Positions 35,015 to 44,862 of a stretch of DNA of 64,000 bases are shown here, in pieces. The notes below the pieces were generated by a model. It did not search any database, had not been told where the DNA came from, and worked only from the letters and a program-made list of their open reading frames with translations. Numbering within the stretch: the first letter of the stretch is position 1; each line of letters begins with the position of its first letter. The stretch comes from Candidatus Omnitrophota bacterium (GTDB taxonomy: Bacteria; Omnitrophota; Gorgyraeia; Zapsychrales; Zapsychraceae), in contig DATDQB010000002.1 of assembly GCA_035292445.1 (NCBI GenBank), forward strand, positions 14,714 to 78,713, read 5' to 3'. The position numbers and the translations under genes were made by a program.

Positions 35015-36562
35015 ATGAGTGACAATAAACAGGCTGTTATGGAAAATTTGTATAACGAAAGCTTTCGCAAGCTTAGTGAAGGCGATATCGTTAAAGGAAG
35101 GATCGTTGCTTTTAACGAAAAAGAAGCCGTCGTGGACATTGGTTTTAAGTCCGAAGGCTTTGTTTCTATCGAAGAATTTCGTAATATCGAAGCGTTGGGG
35201 ATCAACAGCGAAATTGACGTCTTGATTGAGTCTATTGAAGATGATGAAGGACGGCTGGTGCTTTCCCGTCAGAAAGCCGAACGCCTAAGAGGCTGGATGC
35301 GCCTTGGCGATACTTTAAATGAAGGCGATATGGTTGATGGACGCATCCTAAAGCAAGTTAAGGGTGGATTTATTGTTGATGTGGAGGGTGTGGAGGCATT
35401 CTTGCCGATGTCCCTTTCAGCGTTTAAAGGCGTATCGAATGATGAGATCATGACCAAAAAATATAAGTTTCAGATCGCCAAACTCAATAAAGCCCGCCGC
35501 AATCTCATTTTATCCCGTCGAGAAGTTGTTCAAAAGGAAAAAGAAGAAATCCGTGAGCGTGTCTGGAATCAATTGGAAAAAGGGCAAAGACGTACCGGAG
35601 TGGTCAAAGGCATAACCGACTTCGGTGCCTTCATTGATTTGGGAGGGGTGGATGGGCTTCTTCATATAACCGATATGAGCTGGACGCGGATCAACCATCC
35701 TTCGGAAATTGTTTCGTTGGGAGATAAGGTCGAAGTCCTGATCTTGGATTATGACAAAGATAACGCCAAAGTCTCGCTGGGGTTAAAGCAAATTTCCGAC
35801 AATCCCTGGGTGGATATTTATCAAAAGTATCCTCCGGGAACGAAGGCCAAGGGCAAAATCGTTAACGTGATGCCTTATGGGGTCTTTATTGAGATCGAAA
35901 AAGGCATAGAAGGTTTATTGCACTCCTCCGAGATCACCTGGCAGAAAAAGCTCGTCAATCCTCAAGAGATGTTTAAAGTCGGTGATGTGGTGGAAGTTCA
36001 AATCATCAACGTTGACAAGGATTCCAAGCGCATTTCTCTTAGCATGAAGCAATTGGAAGATAACCCTTGGCTTCATGCCAACGAGCAATATCAAGCCGGC
36101 TCCAAAGTGAAGGGCAAGGTCAGAGGGTTCACTGATTACGGTGCTTTCATTGAATTGGAATCCGGCCTGGAAGGGATGATCCATATCTCTGATATGTCCT
36201 GGACGAAGAAAATCAATCATCCGCAAGATGTCTTAGAGAAGGGCCAAACGGTTGAAGTGGTTGTTCTGGCGGTCGATCCTGAGAATCGCAAGATTAACCT
36301 GGGCTTGAAACAGCTATCCGAGAATCCGTGGCCGAACATTGCACAGACATATCCAGTCGATAAGGAAGTCAGTGCCGAAGTCGTCCTTAATTCCAATTTC
36401 GGCGTTTTTGTCAAGCTAGATGATGAGGTTGAGGCGCTTGTTTATTCCTCTGAAATAGAAAAAGAAAAAGCGCAGGCCTTAAAGCCAGGCGATCAATTGA
36501 AGGTCAAGATCATCAAAGTTGACGTCGAGCAAATGAAAATCGGCGTCAGTGCCAAAGTCTAA
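35015..36562 (+). CDS. rpsA: 30S ribosomal protein S1
   Basis: 515 aa with six S1 repeats (repeated G..V.G.V..I..FGAFV / IH.SE motifs). Confidence 0.9.
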   Translation: MSDNKQAVMENLYNESFRKLSEGDIVKGRIVAFNEKEAVVDIGFKSEGFVSIEEFRNIEALGINSEIDVLIESIEDDEGRLVLSRQKAERLRGWMRLGDTLNEGDMVDGRILKQVKGGFIVDVEGVEAFLPMSLSAFKGVSNDEIMTKKYKFQIAKLNKARRNLILSRREVVQKEKEEIRERVWNQLEKGQRRTGVVKGITDFGAFIDLGGVDGLLHITDMSWTRINHPSEIVSLGDKVEVLILDYDKDNAKVSLGLKQISDNPWVDIYQKYPPGTKAKGKIVNVMPYGVFIEIEKGIEGLLHSSEITWQKKLVNPQEMFKVGDVVEVQIINVDKDSKRISLSMKQLEDNPWLHANEQYQAGSKVKGKVRGFTDYGAFIELESGLEGMIHISDMSWTKKINHPQDVLEKGQTVEVVVLAVDPENRKINLGLKQLSENPWPNIAQTYPVDKEVSAEVVLNSNFGVFVKLDDEVEALVYSSEIEKEKAQALKPGDQLKVKIIKVDVEQMKIGVSAKV

Positions 36563-36592
36563 CCGCATATCCGTTTAATCTCCGCTAGATAA

Positions 36593-36636
36593 GGCGCCTT
36601 CCTCCATGTTTGCAAAGGAAGGCGCCGCGTTTTCTT
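36593..36636 (+). terminator. terminator/attenuator-like hairpin between rpsA and tyrS
   Basis: GGCGCCTTCC-14 nt-GGAAGGCGCC then GCGTTTTCTT; overlaps the TTG start proposed by the ORF track. Confidence 0.4.
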
Positions 36637-37797
36637 ATGAATATAGATGAAACCATCCAGAAAATATCCCGCGGCAGCGAAGAAATCATCAATATCGAAG
36701 GCCTGAAAAAGAAATTGAAAGAGGCAAGGCCCTTACGGGTCAAGGCCGGCTTTGATCCCACCGCTCCCGATATCCATTTGGGGCATGTCGTTTTATTGCG
36801 TAAGCTGCGTCAATTTCAGGAGTTAGGGCATACCGTCTATTTTTTGATAGGCGATTTCACCGCTCAAATCGGTGATCCAACGGGAAAAGACCAATTAAGG
36901 CCGAAACTGGATCAAAAACGTATCCGCCAAAACGCTAAAACATACCAAGAGCAAGTTTTTAAAATCCTGAATCCTAAAAAGACAAAAGTTGTTTTTAATA
37001 GTAAGTGGTTGAATAAGTTGACTAGCCAAGAAGTGTTGGAATTAACACAATATTCTAGCGTGGCACAAATGTTGGCCCGGGCGGATTTTAAAAAAAGAAT
37101 GGAAGATAACAAAGGAATCAGCATTCTTGAATTTATTTATCCCCTTTTGCAAGGATACGATTCCATTCATTTAAAAGCGGATATTGAATTTGGCGGTACT
37201 GATCAGAAGTTTAATCTTTTAATGGGCAGGCAAATGCAGGAGACCGTCGGGCAGGAACCGCAAGTTATCATCATGACGCCGCTTCTTGAAGGTACCGACG
37301 GAGTTGTGAAAATGAGCAAATCCACGGGTAATTATATCGGCATTACGGAATCACCGGATGAGATCTTTGGGAAAGTGATGTCCATCAACGATGAATTGAT
37401 GCTTAAGTACGCGCAATATTTAACCGATCTGGACCTCAGTAAACTTAAAGCGATGCATCCCAAAGAGGCGAAAATGAAACTCGCTGAAGATATTGTTGGC
37501 TTGCTCTACGATTCAAAGAAGGCGCAGGAAGCACGGCTTCATTTTGAGAAAACATTTAGTCAAGGCCTTACACCGGAAAACGTTGAAATATTTCCTATAA
37601 CCGCATCATTGTCATCGTTGGATGTCATGCTTAAGGCCGGACTGGTCGAATCCAAAAACGAGGCGCGTCGGCTGCTCAAGCAGGGGGCGGTTAGTCTGGA
37701 TGGCAAGAAAATTACGGATGAAAATCAACCGCTAAAATCGGGTGTTTTAAGGGTTGGAAAAAGGCGTTTTTTGAAGGTTGAAATCACCGGCCCATAA
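36637..37797 (+). CDS. tyrS: tyrosyl-tRNA synthetase
   Basis: 386 aa from ATG 36637 (ORF track starts at TTG 36610 inside the hairpin); HIGH-type PDIHLGHVV and KMSKSTGN motifs; C-terminal S4-like domain. Confidence 0.85.
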   Translation: MNIDETIQKISRGSEEIINIEGLKKKLKEARPLRVKAGFDPTAPDIHLGHVVLLRKLRQFQELGHTVYFLIGDFTAQIGDPTGKDQLRPKLDQKRIRQNAKTYQEQVFKILNPKKTKVVFNSKWLNKLTSQEVLELTQYSSVAQMLARADFKKRMEDNKGISILEFIYPLLQGYDSIHLKADIEFGGTDQKFNLLMGRQMQETVGQEPQVIIMTPLLEGTDGVVKMSKSTGNYIGITESPDEIFGKVMSINDELMLKYAQYLTDLDLSKLKAMHPKEAKMKLAEDIVGLLYDSKKAQEARLHFEKTFSQGLTPENVEIFPITASLSSLDVMLKAGLVESKNEARRLLKQGAVSLDGKKITDENQPLKSGVLRVGKRRFLKVEITGP

Positions 37798-37844
37798 TTT
37801 CCCTAAGTGCTTGATAATGTAGGAAATTAAGCCTTAAAAAAAAC

Positions 37845-37872
37845 TTGACAAATATATAGAATTCGGTATACT
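37845..37872 (+). promoter_or_regulatory. sigma70-like promoter TTGACA-N16-TATACT upstream of the tRNA-Thr/rpmG/tRNA-Trp/secE cluster
   Basis: perfect -35 at 37845-37850, -10 at 37867-37872. Confidence 0.5.
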
Positions 37873-38072
37873 TGGTAGCATTGTGTTTAGGGAATTTGAC
37901 CTAACTGCCCTGATTTCAACTCTTTTGGACTTTCAATGAGTTAGAGGGAATAAGAGTTTTAGTTTTTTTGGAAGGCCGCGAAGTATTAGCTCACCTCATT
38001 TTCTCGACGGAAAATAAAGGAGATAATACGGTTAGGTCTTTTTTTAACCTTTTTCAGGTTTGTTAAGTTGCC

Positions 38073-38145
38073 GCCCCTGTAGCTCAGTTGGTAGAGCACG
38101 TCCTTGGTAAGGACGAGGCCATCGGTTCAATACCGATCGGGGGCT
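38073..38145 (+). tRNA. tRNA-Thr (anticodon GGT)
   Basis: cloverleaf folded by hand: acceptor GCCCCTG/CGGGGGC, D-arm GCTC/GAGC, anticodon stem CGTCC/GGACG with loop TTGGTAA, T-arm ATCGG-TTCAATA-CCGAT, discriminator T; no encoded CCA. Confidence 0.85.
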
Positions 38146-38181
38146 TGAATTGGGAAATTAATAATAATCTTTATATTGAGC

Positions 38182-38349
38182 TGAGTACGCAATGGCAAAA
38201 AAAGGCGCGCGAGAAGTCATCCATTTACAATGCACTGAGTCCGGTCATATTAATTATACGACGGTCAAGAATAAAAAGACGCACCCTGAACGTTTGGAAA
38301 TTAAGAAGTACAATCTGTTTTTGAGAAAACATACCCTGCATCGTGAAGT
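38182..38349 (+). CDS. rpmG: 50S ribosomal protein L33
   Basis: 55 aa [55 protein letters not shown]; below the ORF-track length cutoff; canonical position before tRNA-Trp/secE. Confidence 0.85.
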
Positions 38350-38431
38350 GAAAAAATAGTTTTCGATCTTTGAATGGCCTTGTTCTTGAAATTTAAACGC
38401 GTGAAAGGGTGATTCGAACTTAACGATTGAT

Positions 38432-38504
38432 AGGCCTGTAGCTCTAATGGTAGAGCAGCGGCCTCCAAAGCCGTGTGTTGTGGGTTCGAGTCCTACCAGG
38501 CCTG
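38432..38504 (+). tRNA. tRNA-Trp (anticodon CCA)
   Basis: acceptor AGGCCTG/CAGGCCT, anticodon loop CTCCAAA, T-loop TTCGAGT; canonical position upstream of secE-nusG. Confidence 0.85.
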
Positions 38505-38517
38505 TTATAATTTGAAC

Positions 38518-38703
38518 ATGATAGTAAAGGTACAAAAATTTATCGGAGAAGTCACAGTGGAGCTCAAGAAGGTTTCTTGGACAACGCGCCAAGAGCTTGT
38601 TGATGCGACCTGGATTGTGGTCGTGAGTACATTGATCTTAGGGGTGTATATCGGCATGTTTGATTTCGTTCTTTCAAAATTTCTCGGCATGATCATAAGG
38701 TGA
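38518..38703 (+). CDS. secE: preprotein translocase subunit SecE
   Basis: 61 aa from ATG 38518; single C-terminal TM (WIVVVSTLILGVYIGMFDFVLSKFLGMI); position before nusG. Confidence 0.8.
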   Translation: MIVKVQKFIGEVTVELKKVSWTTRQELVDATWIVVVSTLILGVYIGMFDFVLSKFLGMIIR

Positions 38704-38707
38704 CGTT

Positions 38708-39241
38708 ATGACAGACATGAAGTGGTATGTTATCCATACCCAAACTGGATCAGAAGAAAAAGCTAAGGCCGGCCTGGAGAGTCGAATGAAAAATGCGGCT
38801 TTGAGCAAGTACATTGGAGAGATTGTGGTCCCTACCGAGCAGGTATCGGAGATCAGAAGCGGCAAAAAGCGTATCTCTTCACGCAAATTTTTTCCCGGCT
38901 ACATCCTTGTGAAGATGGAGATGAACAAGGAAAGCTGGTATTTGGTAAAAACGACCCCTGGCATCACGGGGTTTATCGGTCCCGGGCGAAAACCGACGGC
39001 GATCTCCGATGCGGAAGTTAAATCCATTTTGCGCCGGACGGAAGATACGGAATTAAAGCCGACGCCAAAAACCACCTTTGACATCGGCGAATCGATACGC
39101 ATCGCCGAAGGGCCTTTTGCGAATTTTAACGGTGCGGTCATGGAAGTTCATCCTGAGCGGGGAAAATTGAAGGTGAGCGTTTCCATTTTTGGGCGCTCGA
39201 CATTGGTTGAGCTGGAAAACTGGCAGGTAGAAAAAATTTAG
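38708..39241 (+). CDS. nusG: transcription termination/antitermination factor NusG
   Basis: 177 aa; NGN domain ([16 protein letters not shown]) and C-terminal KOW motif. Confidence 0.9.
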   Translation: MTDMKWYVIHTQTGSEEKAKAGLESRMKNAALSKYIGEIVVPTEQVSEIRSGKKRISSRKFFPGYILVKMEMNKESWYLVKTTPGITGFIGPGRKPTAISDAEVKSILRRTEDTELKPTPKTTFDIGESIRIAEGPFANFNGAVMEVHPERGKLKVSVSIFGRSTLVELENWQVEKI

Positions 39242-39249
39242 AGGGCATT

Positions 39250-39675
39250 ATGGCAAAAGAGGTTGTCGCACAAATTAAACTTTATGTTCCAGCGGGGCAA
39301 GCTAATCCGGCGCCACCGGTCGGGCCGGCTTTGGGGCAGCATGGTGTGAACATCATGGGTTTCTGTAAGCAGTTTAACGAAAGAACCAAGGGAAGAGAAG
39401 GGCTGATCCTTCCGGCGGTCATTACGGTCTACAAAGACAAGACATTTGATTTTATTATTAAATCGGCGCCGAGTACGGTTTTGATCAAGAAGGCGGCGAA
39501 TCTGGCCAAGGCCTCGGGTACGGCGGGCAAAGAAAAGATCGCCACGATCACCAAAGAACAAGTGAAAGAGATCGCCAAACAGAAAATGGAAGATTTGAAT
39601 ACCCAGGATCTTAATCAAGCGATGAAGATCATCGAAGGGACGGCCAGAAGCATGGGCATTGAGGTGGCGGGATAA
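39250..39675 (+). CDS. rplK: 50S ribosomal protein L11
   Basis: 141 aa; [40 protein letters not shown] canonical. Confidence 0.95.
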   Translation: MAKEVVAQIKLYVPAGQANPAPPVGPALGQHGVNIMGFCKQFNERTKGREGLILPAVITVYKDKTFDFIIKSAPSTVLIKKAANLAKASGTAGKEKIATITKEQVKEIAKQKMEDLNTQDLNQAMKIIEGTARSMGIEVAG

Positions 39676-40355
39676 TGAAGAGAGTCAGCAAACGCATGAA
39701 ACAAGTCGTGCAGGGTATTGATCCCGTGAAAGCCTATTCACTCAAAGATGCCGTTGGGTGTTTGGAAAAGGTACCTAAAGTGAAGTTTGACGAAACAGTC
39801 GAGCTTCATTTTCATTTATCCGTTGACCCGAAGGCATCGGATCAGGCGGTACGGGGGACGGTTGTCCTGCCGCATGGGCTCGGGAAAGCCGTCAGGGTCG
39901 CTGCTTTTTGTAAAGGCGAACTTGAGAAGAAAGCCAAAGAGGCTGGCGCGGATCATGTTGGAGCGGAAGATTTAATTAGTAAAGTCGCTAGCGGGTTTCT
40001 GGATTTTGATGTGGTCGTTGCCTCGCCTGATATGATGAAGGATTTAAGCAAGCTAGGTAAGATCCTTGGCCCCCGCGGCTTGATGCCGACGCCCAAAGCC
40101 GGGACAGTGACGGTAGATGTGGAAAAGGCGATTAAAGAAGTGAAAGCGGGAAAAGTCGAGTTCAAATCGGACAAGCAAGGCGGTATTCATATAGGCATCG
40201 GTAAGCGCTCTTTCTCCGCAGAGAAAATCATTGAAAACGCTCAGCAGATTATTGATGCTATCAATCATGCCAAACCGGCTTCCGTTAAAGGTAATCTAAT
40301 CAAAAATTTATCGATCTCAACCAGCATGGGGCCTGGGGTTAAGGTGTCGGCATGA
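39675..40355 (+). CDS. rplA: 50S ribosomal protein L1
   Basis: 226 aa; canonical L1; start overlaps rplK stop. Confidence 0.95.
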   Translation: MKRVSKRMKQVVQGIDPVKAYSLKDAVGCLEKVPKVKFDETVELHFHLSVDPKASDQAVRGTVVLPHGLGKAVRVAAFCKGELEKKAKEAGADHVGAEDLISKVASGFLDFDVVVASPDMMKDLSKLGKILGPRGLMPTPKAGTVTVDVEKAIKEVKAGKVEFKSDKQGGIHIGIGKRSFSAEKIIENAQQIIDAINHAKPASVKGNLIKNLSISTSMGPGVKVSA

Positions 40356-40885
40356 AGCGAGTAGGTCAGATATATAGAGAAGCACTGATCAAAACGGTCC
40401 GCGATCGTATTAACGCGAATAAAAGTATTTTTGTTTTAAGCTACACCAAGCTTAGTTCCCCCCGCGTCAGTGAATTGAGAAAAGATCTGAAAAAAGCAGG
40501 CGCCAATGTTTTTGTTTCCAGAAACTCGTTGGCCCGCATTGCCTTAAAGGAATTAAAACAAGAGCCGTTGGCCGAGCGTCTTAGTGGTCAAACGGCTTTT
40601 GTATGGTCGGATGCCGATGCCGCTGCCATTTCAAAGATTTTGGTCAAGTTCGCCAAGGAATGCAAGACATTCGCGGTCCAGGGCGGATTGCTGGAAGGGA
40701 ATCTTCTGGATCAAGCCCAAGTCCAAAGATTTTCTGAACTGCCTTCACGAGAGGTATTATTGGCCCAACTATTGGGAACCATTCAAGCGCCGCTGACCCG
40801 TTTAGCCGGCGTGTTAAATGCGAAATCACGCGAAATATTATCAATTTTGAAACAATTGAGTGAACAAAAGGGAGGGAATCAATAA
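40352..40885 (+). CDS. rplJ: 50S ribosomal protein L10
   Basis: 177 aa; gene order L1-L10-L7/L12. Confidence 0.9.
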   Translation: MKRVGQIYREALIKTVRDRINANKSIFVLSYTKLSSPRVSELRKDLKKAGANVFVSRNSLARIALKELKQEPLAERLSGQTAFVWSDADAAAISKILVKFAKECKTFAVQGGLLEGNLLDQAQVQRFSELPSREVLLAQLLGTIQAPLTRLAGVLNAKSREILSILKQLSEQKGGNQ

Positions 40886-41313
40886 TGTCAGAAACAGCCA
40901 CAGAAAAAAAAGAGAAAGTTGAACTTTCTTCCAAGCTGGAACAGGTTGCAAAAACCATAGAAGGTTTAACAGCCCTTGAGCTAGCTGAGCTGGTTAAGGG
41001 GTTGGAAGATCGTCTGGGGATCACGGCGGCTGCACCCATGGCTATGGGTGTCGCTATGCCCGGCGCGGCAGGTGGCGCCCCGGCAGCGGCGGTCGAGCAA
41101 AAGGAAACGTTCGATGTTGTCCTAGCGAACGCCGGAGCGAATAAGATCGCCGTCATTAAAGAGGTTCGTGCGGCAACGAACTTAGGCCTCAAAGAAGCCA
41201 AGGACCTCGTTGAATCCGCCCCGAAGACGATCAAAGAGGCAGCAGCAAAAGAAGAAGCCGAAGAGTTAAAGAAGAAATTGGAAGCGGCCGGCGCCAAGGT
41301 TGAATTGAAGTAA
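40885..41313 (+). CDS. rplL: 50S ribosomal protein L7/L12
   Basis: 142 aa; Ala-rich hinge, C-terminal [20 protein letters not shown]. Confidence 0.95.
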   Translation: MSETATEKKEKVELSSKLEQVAKTIEGLTALELAELVKGLEDRLGITAAAPMAMGVAMPGAAGGAPAAAVEQKETFDVVLANAGANKIAVIKEVRAATNLGLKEAKDLVESAPKTIKEAAAKEEAEELKKKLEAAGAKVELK

Positions 41314-41368
41314 TTCAGCTCTGTTTTTCTTTTGTTTAACCTTTTTGAACCTTTAACCAAGAGGCATT

Positions 41369-44300
41369 ATGGAAAAAATAAACATTAAAAGTTTTCGAAA
41401 ATTCGAAGACAATTTTGATGTTCCTCATCTATTGGATATCCAATGCAAGGCCTATGAGGAGTTTTTGCAGCGTGATGTTGCTTCAGATAAACGCAAAGAC
41501 CAGGGACTTGAAGAGGTTTTCCGGGAAGTTTTCCCGCTCGAAAGTTACGATGGACAAATCAAGCTTGAGTACATGAATTATACGTTGGGTAAAGAAAAAT
41601 ACTCAGCGGTCGAATGCAAACGCCGAGGGATGAATTACGCCGCGGCGCTTAAGGTCAAGCTGCGATTGATTACGCCCGTTGACATCAAAGAGCAGGAAGT
41701 TTATTTCGGGGATTTTCCATTCATGACGGACACGGGAACGTTTATCGTCAACGGCGATGAGCGCGTCGTTGTTTCCCAGATTCAGCGTCCGCCAGGCGTT
41801 TCTTTTGAAGAAGAATTGCATCCAACGGGTAAAAGCATTTATCACGGACGTATTATTCCATCGCGCGGGGCTTGGTTTGAAATCAAATACGATTTAAACG
41901 GTATCCTTTTAGCCTATGTGGATCGGCGACGCAACTTCCCAGCAACACAGATCCTTCGCATCATGGGGCTGTCCACGGAAGATGACATTAAAAAGGTTTT
42001 GGGCAATGATTTTGAGAAAGTTAAGCCGACATTAGAAAAGGACCACACAAAAAATAAAGAAGAAGCTTTATTAGATTTTTATAAGAAAATGCGACCCACG
42101 GAACCGGCAACAGTAGAAGTGGCGGATTCGCTTTTCTTTCGATTGTTCTTTGATCCGAAACGCTATGATCTAAGCAAGGTCGGCCGGCACATTATTAACC
42201 GGAAGCTGAAGATGGGGGAGACCCTGGATAACAGGGTTTTAACCATCAACACGGTTGTTGAGGTCATACGTTACCTTCTTCGATTAAGAGAAGGTGTTGG
42301 GGAAACCGATGACATCGACCATTTGGGTAACCGCCGTATCAAAACGGTCGGGGAGCTGGTCCAGAATCAGGTGCGGATCGGTTTAGCCCGGTTGGAGCGC
42401 TCTATTAAGGAACGGTTGGTCGTTATGACGAGTTTTGAGAATCTTACGGCTCATCATTTGATCAATTCAAGGCTTTTCTCCAACCAGATCCAGGATTTCT
42501 TTGCGCGCAGCCAATTGTCCCAGTTTATGGACCAGGTCAACCCGTTGTCGGAGTTAACGCATAAAAGGCGCGTGAGCGCGCTGGGTCCGGGTGGATTATC
42601 CAGGGAACGTGCCGGTTTTGAAGTGCGGGACGTCCATCATACCCACTACGGCCGCGTGTGCCCGATCGAAACGCCTGAAGGTCCCAATATCGGGCTTATC
42701 GCTTCTTTGACAAATTGTGCGCAGGTCAATGACCTTGGCTTTATCGAAGCCCCCTATCGTAAGGCCGTAGATGGAAAGGTGACCAAAAAAATAGAATTTT
42801 TGACGGCCGACCGCGATCAGTTGGAATTTATCGCACAGGCTAACGCAAAGATAGATAAAGATGGATTTTTTACCGAGAAAACCGTTTTGTGCCGTAATAA
42901 AACCGATTTTCCCCGGGTCAAGCCGAAGGATGTTACTTATATGGACGTGACACCGCTTCAGATCGTGTCCGTCGCGGCGGCATTGATACCGTTTTTGGAG
43001 CACGACGACGCCAACCGGGCCTTGATGGGATCCAACATGCAGCGCCAGGCGGTTCCGTTGATGATTCCCGAGGTGCCGTATGTAGGTACAGGTATTGAAG
43101 AAAAATGTGCACGGGACTCCGGCGTTGTCATTATTGCCGAGGAAGAAGGCAAGGTCAATAAAGTAGACGCGCGGGAAATCGTTGTCGGCAAGACAATTTA
43201 TCCTTTAAAGAATTATCAACGAACGAACGCCAATACGTGCATTCAACAGAGCCCCTTGGTCAATGTCGGCGATCATGTCAAAGAAGGACAAATTATTGCC
43301 GATGGCATCGGGACCAGAAATGGGCGCATGGCGTTAGGCCGTAATGTGTTGGTGGCCTTTATGCCCTGGCGCGGATACAACTTTGAGGACGCCATTTTGG
43401 TGAATGAACGCATTGCCCGCGAAGACGTTTTTACATCTATACATATAGAGAAGTTTGAATGCGAATGCCGGGAAACACGTTTGGGCAACGAGGAAATAAC
43501 CCGCGACATCCCCAATGTCGGTGAGGATGCGTTGATTAATTTGGATGAAAACGGGGTTATCCGCCTTGGGGCCGAGGTCAAAGCGGGCGACATTTTGGTC
43601 GGTAAAGTAACGCCGAAAAGCGAGAAAGAACTTTCGCCGGAAGAGCGTTTATTGCGCGCCATCTTCGGAGAAAAAGCCGCTGATATCCGTGACACCTCGA
43701 TGACGCTGCCTCCGGGTATCGAAGGCGTTATTGTCAATATTGAAGTCTTTCAGCGAACGGAACGCGGCCGGAAGACGAAAGAAGATAAAAAGAAAGAGCA
43801 GGAAGCGATCGTCAAGATCAAAGCCTATTATAGCCAAGAGATCCTTTTTGCCGAAGAAGAGCGTGACAAAAAATTGATGAAGACCTTGGGTGTCGGTAAA
43901 GTGCAGGTGAGCAAGATTAAGATGCACGATTTTGAAGAGGATTCCGAAGAGCGCGAGATGATACGTTTCTATAATGATAAAGTGGCCGAGCTTACGGAAG
44001 AAGAAGCCCATGAAATCGAGCGTGTTAAGCGCGGCGATGAATTGCCGGCCGGTGTTTTAAAGCGCGTCATCGTTTATGTCGCCACCAAAAGAAAGCTCCA
44101 AGAGGGCGACAAGATGGCCGGCCGCCACGGAAATAAAGGTATCGTTTCCCGTATCGTTCCGGAAGAAGATATGCCGTTTTTGGAAAACGGAGCGCCGGTT
44201 GACATTGTTTTAAATCCTTTAGGGGTGCCTTCCCGTATGAACGTCGGGCAGCTGCTGGAAACGCACTTGGGCTGGGCGGCGCGCGCGTTAGGCTTTTATG

Positions 44301-44857
44301 CCGAAACGCCGGTTTTCAATGGTGCAACCGAGGAAGATATCCGGACAGCTTTGCGTGAAGCCAAGTTGCCTGAAGAGGGGAAAACGACCGTGTACGACGG
44401 ATTTACAGGGATACCCTTCGATCAAAAAGTCACCGTTGGTGTTATTTACATGATGAAGTTAAATCATCTCGTGGATGAGAAGATCCATGCGCGCTCCATC
44501 GGGCCTTATTCTCTGGTTACGCAGCAACCGTTGGGCGGTAAGGCTCATTTCGGCGGTCAGCGCTTCGGTGAAATGGAAGTTTGGGCCCTTGAAGCCTACG
44601 GAGCCGCCTACACGTTACAGGAAATGTTGACGGTTAAAAGTGACGATGTGATCGGGCGTTCCCGTATGTATGAAGCTATTGTTAAAGGTCAGCAGCGATT
44701 GACGCCGGGGACACCGGAATCTTTCAACGTTTTGATCAAGGAGTTACAGGGCTTATGCTTGGATATCAAAATGGTGAGGGCCGGCGATAATGGTCAAGGT
44801 AAGCCTCAGGGTAAACTTGAGAAAAAAGAGCATAAGGAAGAAAGTAAAAAAGAGTAA
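41369..44857 (+). CDS. rpoB: DNA-directed RNA polymerase subunit beta
   Basis: 1162 aa; rifampicin-region and NADFDGD-proximal conserved blocks ([39 protein letters not shown]). Confidence 0.97.
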   Translation: MEKINIKSFRKFEDNFDVPHLLDIQCKAYEEFLQRDVASDKRKDQGLEEVFREVFPLESYDGQIKLEYMNYTLGKEKYSAVECKRRGMNYAAALKVKLRLITPVDIKEQEVYFGDFPFMTDTGTFIVNGDERVVVSQIQRPPGVSFEEELHPTGKSIYHGRIIPSRGAWFEIKYDLNGILLAYVDRRRNFPATQILRIMGLSTEDDIKKVLGNDFEKVKPTLEKDHTKNKEEALLDFYKKMRPTEPATVEVADSLFFRLFFDPKRYDLSKVGRHIINRKLKMGETLDNRVLTINTVVEVIRYLLRLREGVGETDDIDHLGNRRIKTVGELVQNQVRIGLARLERSIKERLVVMTSFENLTAHHLINSRLFSNQIQDFFARSQLSQFMDQVNPLSELTHKRRVSALGPGGLSRERAGFEVRDVHHTHYGRVCPIETPEGPNIGLIASLTNCAQVNDLGFIEAPYRKAVDGKVTKKIEFLTADRDQLEFIAQANAKIDKDGFFTEKTVLCRNKTDFPRVKPKDVTYMDVTPLQIVSVAAALIPFLEHDDANRALMGSNMQRQAVPLMIPEVPYVGTGIEEKCARDSGVVIIAEEEGKVNKVDAREIVVGKTIYPLKNYQRTNANTCIQQSPLVNVGDHVKEGQIIADGIGTRNGRMALGRNVLVAFMPWRGYNFEDAILVNERIAREDVFTSIHIEKFECECRETRLGNEEITRDIPNVGEDALINLDENGVIRLGAEVKAGDILVGKVTPKSEKELSPEERLLRAIFGEKAADIRDTSMTLPPGIEGVIVNIEVFQRTERGRKTKEDKKKEQEAIVKIKAYYSQEILFAEEERDKKLMKTLGVGKVQVSKIKMHDFEEDSEEREMIRFYNDKVAELTEEEAHEIERVKRGDELPAGVLKRVIVYVATKRKLQEGDKMAGRHGNKGIVSRIVPEEDMPFLENGAPVDIVLNPLGVPSRMNVGQLLETHLGWAARALGFYAETPVFNGATEEDIRTALREAKLPEEGKTTVYDGFTGIPFDQKVTVGVIYMMKLNHLVDEKIHARSIGPYSLVTQQPLGGKAHFGGQRFGEMEVWALEAYGAAYTLQEMLTVKSDDVIGRSRMYEAIVKGQQRLTPGTPESFNVLIKELQGLCLDIKMVRAGDNGQGKPQGKLEKKEHKEESKKE

Positions 44858-44862
44858 AGACT

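Noticed and set aside
37873-38072. Additional tRNA (Tyr/Gly) upstream of tRNA-Thr as in other bacteria
   Set aside because: No T-loop (GTTCRANYC) or acceptor/anticodon stem arrangement could be folded by eye. It is left as an unexplained leader.
38088-38324. 78-aa + strand ORF from the six-frame track
   Set aside because: It starts inside tRNA-Thr and runs out of frame through the real rpmG (38182-38349). It is an artefact of the 60-aa cutoff hiding the 55-aa L33 gene.
40644-41360. 238-aa minus-strand ORF
   Set aside because: It is antisense to rplJ/rplL. Its Ala/Ser-rich translation mirrors the Ala-rich L7/L12 hinge on the sense strand, and it has no start context.
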